Assembly: GCA_015680685.1 (NCBI GenBank)
Contig: MNCI01002197.1
Span: forward strand, 211,939-275,938
From: Gnetum montanum
Taxonomy: Eukaryota; Plantae; Gnetophyta
Direction of reading: 5' to 3'
DNA: 64,000 nucleotides
Below the pieces are notes generated by a model. The model did no database searches and was not told where the DNA came from. It saw only the letters and a list, made by a program, of their open reading frames with translations. Shown here piece by piece: positions 62,331-64,000 of this stretch (positions within the stretch are counted from its first letter, which is position 1; every line of letters begins with the position of its first letter). A program made the translations under genes and the position numbers.

Positions 62331-64000
62331 TGATGAGCCGCGATCGTGTATGCGATATCGTGTCCTGCCTCATCTTCTATAATAAGAGGCGACGCCCTTA
62401 GTTTCAGATAGTTAGACTTAGACCCTTAGTCAAACTCTTGCAGTTTTACCATTCCAGAGTTAGAATAATTTCTGTGTGCCTGCAGTAGGAGTCATAGAGT
62501 AAACGGATCTTTATTCGAGCAAAGTGTACTTGAGCACACATTTGTGTACGACAACAAAGACGAAATTTATGATAAACCTAGCAGCATACGGATTAAGCTA
62601 ATTAGTAATTAATTCTTATTGAATGTGTTAATGCTTTTCTAGTTAATTAATATCTCTCTCAACCCTTGACACTCTTAGTTAAGTACACTCAGTACGACCA
62701 CTTCGAGCATGCGTGTAGCACTTGGTAACCCAGTAACGACTAGTGTTTGGTAATCCCAGCAGCGTATGGAAAGTGGGAATGGATACAGGTGTTAGGAACA
62801 ATTAGAACTTAGTTAGTAAATAGTTAATGTAAGTTAGTCACTTAGTTCTCTTTACCTTCCCTTATTAGCATAAGACATTAAAAAGATAAAAGTTATAAAA
62901 ATCACATACCTCAAGCTTACTTAACCATACAACCGTGACAATACAAGTAAGTTTGGAAGGACAACGATCGATTAACCCTGAGTGTTCAATTAAGGCGCAT
63001 AAGCACTTAGTCCTTGGAGTTTGACCGAATCGTGCATGAAACACTCGTATTCGTATGGTTGAGTGTAGGGGTACCTCGCCACTCATCATTGGCGCCGTTG
63101 CCGGGTACTTAGTTGTTTGTGCACTACGTAGAACATAGGAAATCATTCATATTGTTGGGACGCTAGAATGAACCCTCAGGGTTAATCAAGGAAAGATAAG
63201 ACAATGGTAAATCGCACATCGAACAAGACAAAATGTCTTCTTCTTCGCATAAGAGCACTTCACTGCTTAGGACTAACACAAGAGACAGTCGACGACATAA
63301 TACATGTAACCAAGATCCGCCAGTTCCTCAACAATTTCATGTGGTATATACTCATCATGATGAGTATGTACTTGATTTCACCTTTATTCTCCACCAAGAT
63401 GAACAACTATGTTGGAGAGACTTGGAGGGTAACATAGTGTTGCCTCCAGACCAATCAATCCCCAACATGCTCCTTCGTGCTCTCTCACGAATAGACATGC
63501 CACTTTTTTACGTGGAATATGTTGCATGTGATCATGAAACAAGGGACTACCATCCCATAGAAGCACAACATCAAAGGGATTTGCGACAGGAGAGATACCA
63601 TACATCCTTGAAGGGTAAATGACCCCATAACGCTCCACATGTCTTGAGTGAAATTGAGGGTGGTGAACTTGCTTCAACAGGTTCTCCACAAAACAATGTT
63701 CCTCCTCCTAATGATGTTTAGGAGGTGGTGTATCAGGACCTCCACTCCACGATTCATAACCCTGGTTCTAATACCCACGAACATGAAGTGTTCAAAGAAG
63801 AAACACAAACACACGATAAGGGTGGACGTTCTGATCGTGATCACGATCATGACCGAAACCACCGAAGAGAAGGTAGAAAACACCATCATGGCGATGGTTC
63901 TCCTTCTTCTTCACCTTCATCGTCACATTCACCCTCTCCTTTAGTGTCTGGACACAATCATAAGGAAACCAACCGTGAGGATAAAGGAAAACAGAGTGAA
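62331..64000 (+). mobile_element. Younger Athila-type element nested in the previous gag: 5' LTR 62331-63088, PBS and start of the first ORF
   Basis: 758-bp LTR with inverted termini TGATGAG...CTCATCA. PBS TGGCGCCGTTGCCGGG at 63090-63105 is complementary to the 3' end of plant tRNA-Asp. The ORF from 63233 is homologous to the sequence from 60336. Confidence 0.88.

Noticed and set aside
1-63088. LTRs at 1-329 and 62331-63088 as the two ends of one giant element or a TIR pair
   Set aside because: They are inverted, diverged copies facing outwards with no matching TSD, and the right one has its own PBS. They are separate insertions.

Overview
Eukaryotic, land-plant-like nuclear DNA, AT-rich and mostly decayed transposons. 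It holds one host gene, a ZNRD2/SSSCA1 (Auto_anti-p27 zinc-ribbon) homologue. I reconstruct five coding exons on + (5229-5410, 27828-28203, 28314-28382, 28586-28636, 52506-52586; 252 aa) with two giant introns of 22.4 and 23.9 kb. The introns and flanks contain an RTEX/L2-like LINE, an RTE LINE, Ty1/copia remnants, a CRM-type chromovirus with both LTRs and a TSD, a related solo LTR, four Athila-type LTR pieces (tRNA-Asp PBS) and endogenous caulimovirid movement- and coat-protein fragments. The main observation is five copies of an L1-clade LINE family. In the three copies that keep this region, the sequence after zf-RVT continues for about 490 codons instead of ending or carrying RNase H. It encodes a plant-transposon-protein-like domain, a long coiled coil and a C-terminal DnaJ-type J-domain. 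The J-domain is seen in four diverged copies (HPD in three, HPN in one), directly upstream of the 3' UTR and poly(A), and lies inside the TSDs in two of them. All assignments are by-eye motif recognition; no database searches were run.
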